Origin: Eledone cirrhosa
Lineage: Eukaryota
DNA: 64,000 nucleotides
NCBI GenBank assembly: GCA_964016885.1
Contig: OZ024740.1
Coordinates: 174,964,001-175,028,000 of the forward strand
Direction of reading: 5' to 3'
Made by a program: the position numbers and the translations under genes. This document shows positions 35,738-50,237 of the stretch, piece by piece (positions within the stretch are counted from its first letter, which is position 1; each line of letters opens with the position of its first letter). The notes under the pieces were generated by a model. It was not told the DNA's origin. It saw only the letters and a program-made list of their open reading frames with translations, and made no database searches.

Positions 35738-36798
35738 ACAATGGACAGATAATGACAATGTATATTACAATAGAAATTTAAAAAATATAATTTAAAAAAA
35801 TAAACATTCAAAGAAAGTAAAAAAAGAAAAGCAAATAATAACTAAAACAAAAAAAAAATTAATTGTTGCATATATAGGTGCATGCATGATTGTGTGGTTA
35901 AAGGAATTTGCTTCATAGCCAATATGTGGCACTGTGTGCTAAGTGTCTTCTACTACAGCCTACAGTTGACCATTGCCTTGATAGTAGAATTTAGTAGAGA
36001 AAAACTGCAGAATCTCATCCTACATATGTGTGTGAGTTCCTGTTTACACTTGTCCAGATACTTAGGGGTTCAACAAAAAGAGATTGATTAAAAAGGTGCT
36101 GGGGTCGATCTGATCTACTAATCCTTTTAAGGCAGTGCTTCAGCATGGCCACAGTCTAATAACTGAAACTAATAAAAGAATAAAAAATATAACAATCAAA
36201 TTTCCCTCAACAAATTGCTCACCATTTTTTTTAAAAAGGAAACTGCCACATGTTTTAAGTACTAAGTTTGAGAACAAACATGAATGTCTTCTAAGTCTGG
36301 TATTTGGTTCTGATTGCATAGCATGAAACAGATTAGCAATAAATCTCACCTTAGATATAAAACAGTGATCTATTTCAGGTAACATTTCAAAGATAATCTG
36401 GTACTTATTTCTGACAGCTATATGGAGTGAAACAATATAGAAATGTGGTGTACTATGAAAATACAACACAATGCTGCCTAAACTAGATTTGAATACAACA
36501 CATCACTAATCTTGTAATCCAATGCTTTATCCACTCCTTTTTAAAGAAGATAGAAAAAGTAGACTACACAATGAAGGTAGCTCCAAACTAAGACACTAAT
36601 GTTTTATCGTCCACTCTCACACTCTATATATATTATATATATTATATACATGTATATACATGTATATAATATATATATATATATTATATACATGTATATA
36701 ATATATAACAGAAAGAAGTTCTTCAATCATTTAATCTTTACAATTATTTTGACAAAGTTTTTTTTGAAAAACAGAACTAGGCAAAATGTAATAATAAT

Positions 36799-36983
36799 TG
36801 TTTCTACTTTAGGCACAAGGCCAGCAATTACCCAGAGTGCATACTGGTACTTTATTTTATCGACCCCATAAGGATGAAAGGCAAAGTCAACCTCGGCGGG
36901 ATTTGAGCTCAGATCGTAAAGGGACGTAACTATGATGGAAAGCATGGCGTCCGACCCTCTACTGATACTGCCAATCCACCAAT
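36799..36983 (-). mobile_element. SINE family A, full length short form with 18-bp TSD
   Basis: gcaaaatgtaataataat occurs at 36781-36798 and 36984-37001. Confidence 0.92.
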
Positions 36984-37309
36984 GCAAAATGTAATAATAA
37001 TATTAATGATATGATAATTATAAGAGACACAAGAGGAATAATATTTATACTTTACGATTGCTTGTGTTTAAAAAAGTTTTATATCTCTTAAGAATATTAA
37101 ACATCTGTATGAAAAAAAAGTGAGTACACATGTATAGATATAGTTGCTAAAATAGCAATATGTTTCTCCTCTCTGTACCTAACTGGTGCATAAATCATAA
37201 CCCCAGATCGAGAAACAGAATATTTTCTCTTTATAATTGTTCAGGACTATTTAAATTGGAGGGTAATAATATTTAAATTGGAGGGTAAAAGATGAAAGGG
37301 TTAATGCTT

Positions 37310-38050
37310 AAGCCCAGAAGAAGCAGAAGATATCCTGCTGAAATTGTCACTGATCTAGACTTTGCTGATGATTTCCTCTTCCTTCAAACTCAGAAGCAAA
37401 TGCCTAATTGTTCCCTCGTGTGCTGGAAATAGCGACTCTTCATGTTGAACTAAAAAACTGAGATTATCTCAAAAGAATATGCTGTTAGCATGGTCACAGT
37501 AAACAGGAAATCCTCAAAGCAATTAGCAAACACTAAGTACCTTGGTTCTTTCATAATGAATTCAGAAAAGGACTTCCAAATACGTAAAGCCCTGTCCTAG
37601 AATGCATTTCATATGCTGGTTAAAATTTGGAAATCCAATATACCAAACTTAAAATCAGCTTATTTAGAAAAACAGTAGAGCTTATCCTTCTCTATGGTTC
37701 TGAAACTTGGACTTTGCATTCCTGTCTACAGAGCCTTTTAGATAGATGTTACACTACCTTTCTGAGAAAGGCTCAAAATATTCTTTGGTAGACCCATTCC
37801 ATGCTTAATCAGATATATGGAAAAATCCCAAAAGTAAGTGCATGACTGATTAAACGTCATACAAGGTTTGTTGGTCATTGTTTCCATACAAAAGATGAGA
37901 TGGTTTCAGACCTCGTGTTGCAGGAGATCTTCACTACCGGAAAACACAGATACCAGAATACTATAGCAAGAGACATTGGAATTGGCAAAGAAATACCTAC
38001 AAACTTTGATGGAAAACAGAGACTGTTGGTGTGAAGTTGTACGTGCTGTC
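37310..38050 (+). mobile_element. Decayed RTE-group LINE RT C-terminal fragment (distinct family)
   Basis: EIVTDLDFADD, KYLGSFI..SEKDFQIRKAL, ILLYGSETWTL and FVGHCF motifs with frameshifts. Confidence 0.75.
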
Positions 38051-38263
38051 TCTTGGTCAAATATTTTCTTCTTAAATATACCAGCTCTGCATCACATTAT
38101 GCACACTCCATAAATATATATATATATATATATATGCACATACACATGTATATGTAATATATATATGTATTATATATATATTACTAACAATAATAAGGAT
38201 GTCAAGTCTAAAAATAAAATTTAGACAAGTGCCATATCACCTGTATTTTGTATTATATATATA

Positions 38264-38646
38264 ATTGTTTCTACTTTAGGCACAAAGCCAGCAATTACCC
38301 AGTGCATTATTGGTACTTTATTTTATCGACCCCATAAGGATGAAAGGCAAAGTTAACCTCGGCGGGATTTGAACTCAGAATAGCAAGGGCCGTAACTCTA
38401 TGCGTCAAAGCATGGCGTCCGCCCCTCTACCGATACTGCCAATCCATAATAATAATAATAATAATTGTTTCTACTTTAGGCACAAGGCCAGCAATTACCC
38501 AGTGCATTACTGGTACTTTATTTTATCGACCCCGTAAGGATGAAAGGCAAAGTTAACCTCGGCGGGATTTGAACTCAGATCGTAAAGGGACGTAACTATG
38601 CTGGAAAGCATGGCGTCCGACTCTCTACCGATACTGCCAATCCACC
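38264..38646 (-). mobile_element. Two head-to-tail full-length SINE family A copies joined by (AAT)n
   Basis: 38264-38446 and 38465-38646 have near-identical bodies but different head variants. Confidence 0.92.
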
Positions 38647-38680
38647 ATATATAATGATGTATATATATATATATGATGAC

Positions 38681-38711
<31 letters not shown>

Positions 38712-38867
38712 ATTATATTATATATTATATTATATATTATAAATATATATATACATATATTATATACATATATATATATACATATATTTATATAATATAT
38801 ATATATTATAAATATATATGTATTACATATATATATATGCACACACGCACATATATATATATATATT

Positions 38868-39235
38868 GTTAGTTGGGCATGTAACTACAGTTACAGGTGG
38901 CACGCTGTCAAAGCACTTGATGCTGTTACAAGATCCATCTCCTGTGAGTTGTATTCCAGGTTTATGGAGGCTGTAGTGTAGTGTAGATTACGTAGAATCA
39001 AAGTTGAATCAGTGTTGCAGTATATGTAGAAACTTTATTAACCTATCACAATTGTTTCGATATCGATCAACTCAAGGTACAATCAAATTGACAGAAGCAG
39101 AATCTTTTTTGACATCTTGTGAGATATGCAACTTTATATGTGCAAAGACACAGCTAAACTCCCATCATCTTGATTGTAACCAGGGCTAATAGATATCAAA
39201 ACAATTGTAATATGCCAATAAAGTTTGTACATATG
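38868..39235. mobile_element. Penelope-like remnant with inverted repeats (copy 2)
   Basis: Colinear with 29070-29452 (ctacagttacag.tggcac, gttacaagatccatctc.tgtgagttgtattccaggtttatgg). The hammerhead CTGATGA box is mutated. Confidence 0.6.
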
Positions 39236-39269
39236 CTCAACACTGACTTTGATTCTAGTTAATCTCTCG

Positions 39270-39362
<93 letters not shown>

Positions 39363-39465
39363 GTCAATACTCATCTTTTTCCATTTTTTAGAGGGTTCTA
39401 AACCCCACTATCTGGCTAAAATTTCTTTAGTCAAAAAATACTGCGAAAGCTTCTATGTTTAATTT

Positions 39466-39501
<36 letters not shown>

Positions 39502-39504
39502 AAT

Positions 39505-39573
39505 ATACAAAGTGTTGAAACGATCAAATTTTAGTTTATTAAACTAAAATTTGATCGTTTCAACACTTTGTAT
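39505..39573. repeat. Perfect palindrome, 34-bp arms, 1-nt spacer
   Basis: atacaaagtgttgaaacgatcaaattttagttta-t-taaactaaaatttgatcgtttcaacactttgtat. Confidence 0.95.
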
Positions 39574-39701
39574 CTCGGCTCTGTAAAACACTTGAAAATT
39601 TGCATTGAGCCTTGTGTCATACCGGTAACCGGCTAGTACTTAGTACTACCCTACATATTTATAGTTATATCAAACATATATAAATATAAATATTCTTATT
39701 A

Positions 39702-39740
<39 letters not shown>

Positions 39741-39816
39741 CGTACATATATATACACACACACACGTATATATATACACACACAATATACACACACACAC
39801 ACACACATACATGTAT

Positions 39817-39849
<33 letters not shown>

Positions 39850-40844
39850 CATACACACACATATATATATATATACATACACACATATATAAGCATACAT
39901 AAATGTATGCATACACAAGCATCAGCGTGAAAAACAAAGATCAATGTTTAAATCTTATGCCTATATATACTGACGAAAATCACATATACTCTCAAAGATA
40001 CACACACACAAATATACATATTAGACGTCTGCAGAGTTTCTATCTATCAAATTTTATTCATAAGGTACTGGTCAACCTGAATTTACAGAAGTCATCTTCC
40101 CAAGCTACCGAAGTAGGTTTTAAACCAGAGTCACACTGTTGCAAAGCCAATTTCTTCACCATATAACCATGACTATGCTCCAAATTTGCTAATAATGACC
40201 AAGGTTACATATAATTTAGTATTTTTAAAAAAAAAAAAAAAAAAAAAGAAGAGAGAATGATGTAAAAAGAATATGTGAACTTCTACATAAATATGACAAA
40301 CACCATGTCTTAAAGTTGTGGATTTTAAGACAAACTGTATGCTATATAATAACTGCCATTACAACGCACCCGTGTATGTTTAGCTGGCCTTTTATGAGGC
40401 AGTATCTCATTGGATGTTTCTTGGCTATTCTATTTATAGGACCACCATTTGTATCATCTATAATGACTGGGATAGCCATAACTAGAATACTGATTCAACA
40501 ATTCTTTAATTATTTTTTACATTGTACCATAAGTCTAGTCAAGATGAATTGACCAGTATAACTAAAAAATAACTTAAGATTTTCACATCATGTAAATTTA
40601 TCCTTCCTTTATATTATTGGACTACTCCACATTTGCATCTGATTCAGATGGTATATAAATATGATGATGATGGTGATAGTGGTGGTATTGGTGGTTGTGG
40701 TGGCTATGGTGATGGTGGTGATGGTGATTATGATGATGATGACAAATATTTTCTTTGGTTGAGTTTGAACTCAAAATAATTGTTTCATTCTAAACAAGGC
40801 TTTATCTGATCTAAACCCTATATCATCTCAGGCATATTTAAATA

Positions 40845-41340
40845 TATGTAGACATATGATGATCAGAAACATGATGTATATGGGACATGGTGAGAAATAT
40901 GGCATATAGATGATATAATCAGGAAAATAATATATATAACATGATCAAGAAACTGACATACAGATGACATGTTCAGAAAATGATATATAAATGATACGAT
41001 AAATAAAATACATACAGATGATTTGATCAAAAAATTACATGAAAGATGAGGAACAGAAAATGTGATATAATATCAGAATAATGACATGATCAGAATATGA
41101 CATATAAATGACATGATCAGAATAAATACATACAAATAACGTGATCAGGAACTGATATATAAATGGCTTAAGAAAAATGATATACATATAACATGATCAT
41201 TAAAATGATATATAAATGACATTATCAGAAAATTATATAGAAATGATATGATCAGAAAACGATGTATAGATGACATGATTAGAAAATTATAAAGATGTAT
41301 GAAGATCAGAAAATGATATAAGACATATTAATCAGAATAT
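40845..41340. repeat. Degenerate ~27-bp minisatellite
   Basis: Recurrent atgacatgatcagaaaatgatatataa-like unit. Confidence 0.8.
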
Positions 41341-43225
41341 AGTCTTATTGAAAAATGTTACATGAAGAATCAACTTAGTTGCCTAAAATTCAAAATTATT
41401 TTCACCATAATTTCTCCCACAATTAATAGATATACTGTATTTCTGCATGTCATAACAACTAAAAAGGATGGTGACAAGAAGACATTCAGCCCCATAACGT
41501 TTTCACAAAACATCTGTTGAACCTATGCTATGGAAAAGGGTGTAACACAATGACCATGATGATGATAGCTAACCAACAGGTTAATGATACAAGGGCAGAA
41601 ACTGGATAAGAGAGTAAACATGATGATCTCTGATTGACACTATATGTCCCACACAGGCAAACATTGCATAGGAGAATTGTTCAGATTGAGACACAATAAA
41701 ACAGGCTGAGATAGGTTGTGCTAGGTCAGTAGATTGCTCGTCAATACTAATTTTTTATCATAAGTTTGCTGAAGCAAGGCTGGTTAAGGCTACTAAACAT
41801 TAACTACCACCATAATCATCATGCTAGCAACTCTTTCAACATACTCAAAGTGATAACCAAACTTTTCAAAAAAAATGTTAAGCTCTCTTTGATATTCAAT
41901 ATAGCATACTTGCTCCTTTGATGTTCTTGCTATTTAGCTAATCATATATACCTAAGTTTATGATTTATTTGTACTATCTTTATAAAGTTACTTTATATAT
42001 ATACATATATATATATATACACATATAAAAATTATTAAGCTAATACAAACAGATTATAAACTTATGTATATAGGATATATATACATATATATGTGTGTGT
42101 CGTCTGCTTGAGCGATTTATAAAACTTGAAGTAACAACAGAAAGCATCAGCCAAATATAGTTATACTCCACACCATGTGTTGAGTACATGCACTCATTTG
42201 TTATCAACAACTTATATATATATATGAGTGGATATATGCAATTTTACACGTAGATATTTTAGTGGAAAAGAAACACAAAAAAAATTAAAAAAGAAATTCA
42301 GTAAATATTTGGCTGTAAATGGAATCAACGTAATTAAAAATAGCAAACAGTAAATTGTGTAACTGTTATATAGGTCAGTGCTTCCATGATGTTTAGTAAA
42401 ACACCCAAATAATCTTCAGACTCACAGTTAGGCATTTTAAATGACCAGCCATTCTTCAATCATTTTTCTTTGTGGAGGATTAACTTACATCACAGTTCAA
42501 ACTTCACTCTAATCTTTACTCTGAACACTTTCCCCACAGGTACTAACAAACATATCCCATTCTCCAAGTTTACTTCTACCCTTGTCTTTACCATTTTCTC
42601 TATTTCCACACTTGTAATCAACTAGTAATGCCTCTCACACCCTCTTCACAAATATATACAAACTTATTTTTGTTGTTGTTTATTTGTGATGGGTGAGACC
42701 GAAATTGCATGCATATAATTAGAAGTGTTCCAGTCATAACTGTCTGTTCTGTCCCTTTGTGTGAGGAACTATATTATCTAATGTGCCCGTCAATTTTAAA
42801 GACTTTTTGTATGATTTGAGTGAGATTTGGCTGTTATTTCTGGTATGTTGGGTCACCTCTAAGAGATTCACTTGATTATAGCTATATATGTGTGTACACA
42901 AGCAGATATGTGCATATATACATGAGTGCGTACCTGTATATATAGTGTGTGTTGATTATGTGTATGCATGTCTGTATAGCATTTCCTTCCCCATATTTTC
43001 CCAATTCTGCAGACATTTCCTTAATGTTCTCCATAGAATGATGATTAATCCTCCCTCCACTAACATATTCTACCTCTTTCTCTCTCACTAATCAGAAATC
43101 TCTTTATTCTTCGACAAATCTCTTCTTCCTCACAGCATAACATCTATTGCATTGTTTGGATTATTTGTTTTCCTCAGATTCTACTGTTTTACTATGTGCA
43201 TCTAGGTTTCAGATATTACCTATAA

Positions 43226-43401
43226 CTCTTTAGCATTTACATTAATCTACATTTATTATGTATTTTCACCATAAACACTTTACCTAACATAATTATCTCA
43301 CATTATTATATCAAATCTATGAGAATTTGATATTATTTATTTTGAGAATACCTTAAAATAAGTATGAGCAGCCAGTTATGGCTGGTTTAAATGCTAAAGG
43401 G
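43226..43401. mobile_element. piggyBac-type MITE, same family as 14594-14783
   Basis: CTCTTTAGCATTTAC ... TTTAAATGCTAAAGGG-ttaa, with shared internal acataattat.tcacat and aataccttaa. Confidence 0.75.
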
Positions 43402-46400
43402 TTAAGCATGCTTCATTTGACATGTATCAGTTGCTTAATGTCTCATAAAACCCAAGATAAACTCTGGCCCTCATTGAACCCATGTAAATATAAGATCAGA
43501 CATCACATGATGACTCACCCCTCCCTCAAGTGTCTCAACTGGCCAAATATAAAGTGTGTTGGAGAGCTGTCCAAAGAATCATGATTTCATGTACAAACAT
43601 TTTGTACATGATCCAAAACATTCCTCTCATTGGTGCAATCTACTTGGTTGTAAATAGGTAACAACTAAACACTGCTCTATATAAATGATACGACTTTCAT
43701 TATTTTGTAGATTTGAGTTAAAAATCACTATAATTCTCTGTCATGGGCTATAATAGAAGAGTGCATACTTTTGTCAGTGATCTTGACAGCCAAAGTACAC
43801 AATGTAATTAAAATGTTTATGTCACGTACCACATTAGCAAGATATTCTTGAAAATTATAAAACAGCATTTGTAACTGCATTACATGAATATTTGAAGTCT
43901 CCCTGATACTTTAAGTTTTCACAATATGTTCATTTGTAAAGACACTATAAGTAATTTGAATTAACAAACATATTTTTAAAGATGTTTTGTTACATCATTA
44001 TAGGATATTAACAGTTAATCGTTATGCTTTCTTTATGAGAGACTCATAACTTTTAATTAATCAGAACTGCATTCTGTGCACCTACATAATCTTTTTGAAT
44101 AGCACCTAGTGGCACATGTGCTACAGACTGACCATCTCTGGCATAATTGATTGTTGTGCCTACGTATAACTTTACATGCCAGTTTCTTAATAAAGCATAA
44201 AGCTAATATTTGCAGAAGAATCGTATAAATAATCATACAGATTTAGTGTATAATACCAGTATTTATTTGATCAATTTTGGAGGGAATGAAAGGCAAATTC
44301 TATTTACACAGGTTTTGAAATCATAACACAGAACTGAAACTAAAGGCTGTAATATGTTTAGTCTGGTCTAGTCTTGTTGTGGCATAGACATGGCTGGGTG
44401 GTTGAGAAGTTCATTTTACAATCATGAGGTTCCACATTTGATCCCATTGTGTGGCATCTTAGGCAAGTGCGATATTATAACCAAAGATCAACACGCATTT
44501 ATGAATGAAATTGAGTATATGAAAATGTGTGTGGAAGGCTATCAAATAGATTTGATCTGTTATTTAAAGGTCTAGCTTTGTCACAACGTATCATATTGAT
44601 TCTGCTTGAGAATATATGTTAAAGGTACACATGTTTGTGAAATACTCAGCAACTTGCAGGTGAATTTAATGAACAAACATCTAAATATTCACCATGAAAA
44701 CTGATGGAGAATCTCTCACCACACTTTGTTTTATCAATTACTCCCACTGTCCTTATGACACAATAGTTTCTAATATTAGCACTAGGCCAGGCAGGTTAGT
44801 AGGGAATGTAATCAATTTAATCTACCTCATTATGTTACTGCTATTTAATTTAGCGACTTTGGAAAGAAATCATAGGTATAGTTGGTATTTGAGGGATTTG
44901 TATTCTGAATCTAATATAATTAAATACTACAGTTGAGTTATTTTGTTAAAAACCCTAATCATTTCTGCCACTTTGTGTGCATGCGTGTGTGTGTGCATGT
45001 ATATATATATCATCATTGTTTAATGTCTATTTTTCCATGCTTGCATGGGTTAGACAGGTTGTCACATCATGAGACAAGTCAGGTCCGGAGACCACATCAT
45101 CATGCTCATATGGATCTGTAGTTTGACTTGTTTCTAAAGCTGGATAGATGCCCTTCCTAACACCATATATATCTCATCACCCTTTTTACATCTGTCTTTA
45201 CATACTGACATAATATATATAATTATTTAATGAAGTCAGCTGAGGCCTTTAGTGTCACTACATGGATTTCCGAAAATTCTCATCTCTTTAGGCAACAAAT
45301 TTTATCCCCATGTTGGTCAAATTTGTGGAAACATGAAGTAGTGATGCAAAAGGCATCAGCTTAAGCAATTAATATTTATATTCTATAACATGCATTGATT
45401 ACATTTTCTTCTGTTATATAAAAAGAAATTATATGTATATATACATGTGTGTATGTGTGTGTGTGTACACAAAAATATATACTATATATACCGGTACTTA
45501 TTTCATCAACAAGTTTGGAGGGATGAAAGGCATAGCTGGCATGGCTGCAGCCAATAAAAGAATAAAAGAATATATTCATAAACACAAACAAACACACACA
45601 CTATATACACATATATATATATATATACACACATTGTGTGGTGTGTATGTGTGTGTATTTATGTATATGTGTTTGTGTATAAATGAATCATCATCATCTT
45701 CGTTTAACGTCCATTTAAACGAACATACACACTTACACACCACACACATATATATACACTCACACACACATATATATACACACACATATACATATTATAT
45801 ATATACACATATATATCATATAAAAAATATATATACATATATACATATTATATACACGCACACATACATATCAATAAAGGTTAACATCCTAACCTCATTA
45901 TGGATCAAGATATACTTCATTTAGATTATTAGTATTTTTTTTAAATTCATTGTTTTTGCAGGTTCTCTTGAAATAAGTGATTTTGGAGATAACTTTCATT
46001 TCTCCTCCTACCAGTTACAGAGGCCTTGAAAAGGTGATGTGCACTATCTTCCACTTCTGACTTGATATTTACAAAAACAACGCATCATTAAATAAATCTA
46101 ATGCAACGAACTAGAACTCAAATTTAAGAAACGAAAGGAGAAAACTTTATATGTTCGCATGTGTGATTGTGTATTTAGCATATTGAAAACCTGGATTTTG
46201 GATTTAAAGCCTTTGCTGAACCCATTGGTTCACATAGCCTGGTGCATATATATATAGTTTCCAGTTTTCATAGTGTTAAGTAAATGAGAGATAAATCTGT
46301 CCCTGGATAGGATGGTAGTCTAAAAACAGTTAACTTTTCCGACAAGAGGAATTTGAACTCAGCACTGCGAGCTAATGAATCACTCGTCAAATTAACAGTA

Positions 46401-46783
46401 CTGCTGTAGCTATTTACAGCAAGGTGGACTGGGGTATTTGAAAAGTGTCCCCAGTCAAAGACATCATGCAGTACCTAGGACAGGATATGAACTGCTGACC
46501 ACTTGGCTGCCTGTCCACTATCACACTCACTGAACCAACGCCACATCCACTACCATGCACACTCAATTACTTCACAAAATCTGGCCACCACCACATCCAC
46601 TTAACCCAGTCACTCCCACTTATATACCACACAACTGATCACTATCATAGCCACTTAATAATTACCGACTTGAATCTGGTCACTATCATACACACTCAGC
46701 CACTACCACATCCATTCTTCTTCCTAGACCTAGTTCTTCAAATGCATAGTTGAATAAGAGGCAGGTCAGATATTTTTATCTAA

Positions 46784-46827
<44 letters not shown>

Positions 46828-47754
46828 ACAGTAGTAGCAGCAGCAGCACTTTTACTAGTGTTTCATTGCTGAAAACCAGGGTCATTGAAATTTAGTTGTT
46901 CCTGACAAAATCTGCTTTGAGTTATCTCCACATCTTCCATGTGGATTTATGTTTCCTGTACTGTGTGGTGAAGAAGATATTAGATACTAAATGGAGTCAT
47001 TGGTCTCAACTGAAGAGATTATGTATATTTACCATTTTGCTACCATATTTCTAATGAAAGACACTGCTAATGATTTTCAAATCATTTTTAGAATAATAAA
47101 AGTAATGGGAAGGGTTTAGTAAAATAACAAACATTGTCATCATTAAGCTGATGTCTGGAGGCTCACTTAGTAAAAAATTTCTTACATGAAAATCTGATAG
47201 AAGGGTTTTAGATATATTCAAACACTTCAAAATACTGTTTTGTATTGTAGAACTGTGGGTAGTTTCAGACAGTTTTTTTAACAAAAGGATTAATAAACAA
47301 GTAAAAGGTGTCAACTGACATAATTGAAGAAGAAAATGCAGTTGAGAAGTATCAAGTTTCTGAACCAAGAAATATATTAAGTGAGAAAAGTCAACTGTAT
47401 CTACCAAACAACCAACGAGCAAGCTAGCCAACCAACCAGGAATGGGATCAGTCCATAAAATAGTAGAAAAACACAGTTGAAGGGAGTAAGAAAGAAAGGA
47501 CAAAGAGAGAGGGAAGGAGATGGAAAAAAATGTGAGTGTATGTATGCATGAAGAACTGTATGTATGTGTACATGTATATGTGTATGTATGTGTATATGTG
47601 TATGTATGTGTACATGTATATGTATGTGTACATGTGTATGTATGCATACATGTGTATGTAAACAACTTGTTTGTGTGCGTAGATGATGTTGTTAATGAAA
47701 AATCCAACAAATAAAACAAGGTTAACAGCAAGAGTTAGTCAATTAAAAAGTCAA

Positions 47755-47804
<50 letters not shown>

Positions 47805-47830
47805 CAATAATAACAACAACAATAATAATC
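47755..47830. repeat. (AAT)n/(AAC)n microsatellite
   Basis: Read directly; it accounts for the poly-Asn ORF. Confidence 0.95.
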
Positions 47831-47959
47831 AACACCAGAATACAACATTATATATATATATATTTGTTTTTGTTTTTTTTGAAAATACCCTCTGTTCTAA
47901 AAACCCTGTTCTACGAAGCCAGTATGATGTAGTGTGTAATAATAATAACAATAATAATA

Positions 47960-48397
47960 ATTTCTAACATAGGCACAAGATAATTTAGGGAGTGGATGGA
48001 GAGGAACAGTTTATTAAATCAATCCCCAACATTTGGCTAGAACTTTATTTCATCGGCCTGGAAGGACGAAAGGCAAAGTTAACCTTGACAGGGTTTGAAC
48101 CCAAAATATAAAGAGCTGGAACATATACTGCAAAGTAACTTGTCTGACATTGTAACAATTCTGCCAATCCACTGTCCACAATAACTGTTTTTAATATAGG
48201 CATAAGGCTAGACATTTGGGAAGAGAAGAACAGTCGATTGTATCGACCCCAGTACTTAACTGGTACTTTATTTTATCAATACCAGAAGGGCAAAAAGAAA
48301 TGTTGACTGGAGCAGAATTTCAACTGAGAATGTACAGAGCAAGAATATAAATGCTACAAGGCATTTTATCTGGCTTCCTAACAATTCTGCTAATCCA
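47960..48397 (-). mobile_element. Two old SINE family A (long form) copies in tandem
   Basis: Diverged core motifs gaaaggcaaagttaacc, tcgaccccagtacttaactggtactttattttatc and ttctgccaatcc. Confidence 0.7.
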
Positions 48398-48529
48398 GGA
48401 TGGTATATATATAACATGTTGCTAAAATTTGAAAAGTAACATTGGCGAAACACAATCTAATGAAAAACTGAATTAAAGAGAAAACTATCTACTTTGGATT
48501 GCAGGCTATATATGATTCAATATTACTAA

Positions 48530-50196
48530 GGCTGTGTGATTATTACTAGAGATTTATGATAGCAATCACCAAAGCAATGTGGTTTATTACCAAGGTTGTA
48601 TGATATTAACAAGATGGTGATATTATTATTATTAGTATTATTATTATTATCATCATCCCCATTATTATTATTGAATACAGCATTACCAAGACCATGCGAT
48701 ATTACCAACACTGTGTGATATTACCAAAGCCGAGTGATAACTACCAAAATAGTCAATATTATTATTGAATTCATGTAGTATTATTTATTACCACATGATA
48801 TAATTTCAAGGCCACAAGATATTATCAAGGCCATGTAAATATTATGAAGGGCTGTGACATTACGAACACGTTGATATTATCAAATGAGTCTGGTATTACC
48901 AAGGCTGAGTGATATATTACTTAAACTATGATGTGATTTACCAAAGCTGTGTGATATTACAAAAGGCTTATGTGAAATTACGAAAGCTGCATTATTAACA
49001 AGATGCTGATATAATTATCAAATTTATGTAATATTAAGAAGACCATAAGATTCTACAAAATCTGTGATATTACTAAACTATACATACTACCAAATTGTAT
49101 GGTATTATCAAGGTCACAGAATATTACCATCACCATACAATATTACAAAGGCTGTTTAATATTACAAAATGGTGATATAACTAGTAAAATTTCTAGGATA
49201 TTATACCAAAGCTGTGTGATATTATTACTAATGTTGGTAATATTATGGAGACTGTGATATTACCAAGATAGTGTCATAAAAATATGTGAAATTAACCATG
49301 TTTAAACTGTAACAACATGGTTCTATGTGTTTATAAAGTCTGCATTATATCAGCAAGGCAATATATAATATTCCCAAAGTCATATGATATTTGTAATATT
49401 ACCAACAAAGTACATTATTATACAGGTTGTGTAAAATGACAAAAACTGTTATATGACCTGTGCTATAGAATATTATCAAAGTTGTGTAATATTAACCAAT
49501 TATGATATTTCCAAGGAAATGTAGCTATACAAAAGATGTTTCTTTTTTACTTTAACTGAGATACAATATTACTAATACCACAATATATGGGATAGCAACA
49601 TTTATATAACTATGATGGGGTGATCTTATAATGATTATGATATTACCATGGCAAGGATATCATCAAGCCCACCGTATTACTAAAGAGGAAGAATGTTACT
49701 AATAAGCATGAGATATTACCATGACACTGGAATTATTGGTGACACTCTCATTGCTAGGCTCAACTATACATACATAGCGGGTCATGAAGACCCTCCAGTC
49801 GTATCAAGGGCATGACAACCCCGCTAATGTTGGTGATTTACATGATAAACTTCCTATCACCAACCACTGTAAAGTGGTTGGTAATAGGAAGTGCATCCAG
49901 CCATAGAAAACTTGCCAGACAAAGGGTCAGAAACATCTTCAGTTGTGTCAAAGGCATGACAACCTCTCTTGACCACTCGATGGAATGTGAGACCATTCAT
50001 AAGTGCACAGGTCCCTGGCCTGCCTGGGAGATCAGTGGCTTTGCTACAGTACAGACTTGGTCTATATTATGAAACCATCCAAACATGGCTAGCAAGGAAA
50101 GCAGATGTTAAAATGACAATGATGATATATATATATATATATTGTTAGCAGGAAAAGCGGACATTAAACAATGATGATGATATATATATACATACA

Positions 50197-50237
<41 letters not shown>

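Noticed and set aside
40300-40745. Unique-looking segment next to a (GGT/GAT)n tract, possible exon or transposase relic
   Set aside because: Frequent stops in the frames I read and no identifiable motif.
47683-47967. Poly-Asn ORF
   Set aside because: It is an (AAT)n/(AAC)n microsatellite.
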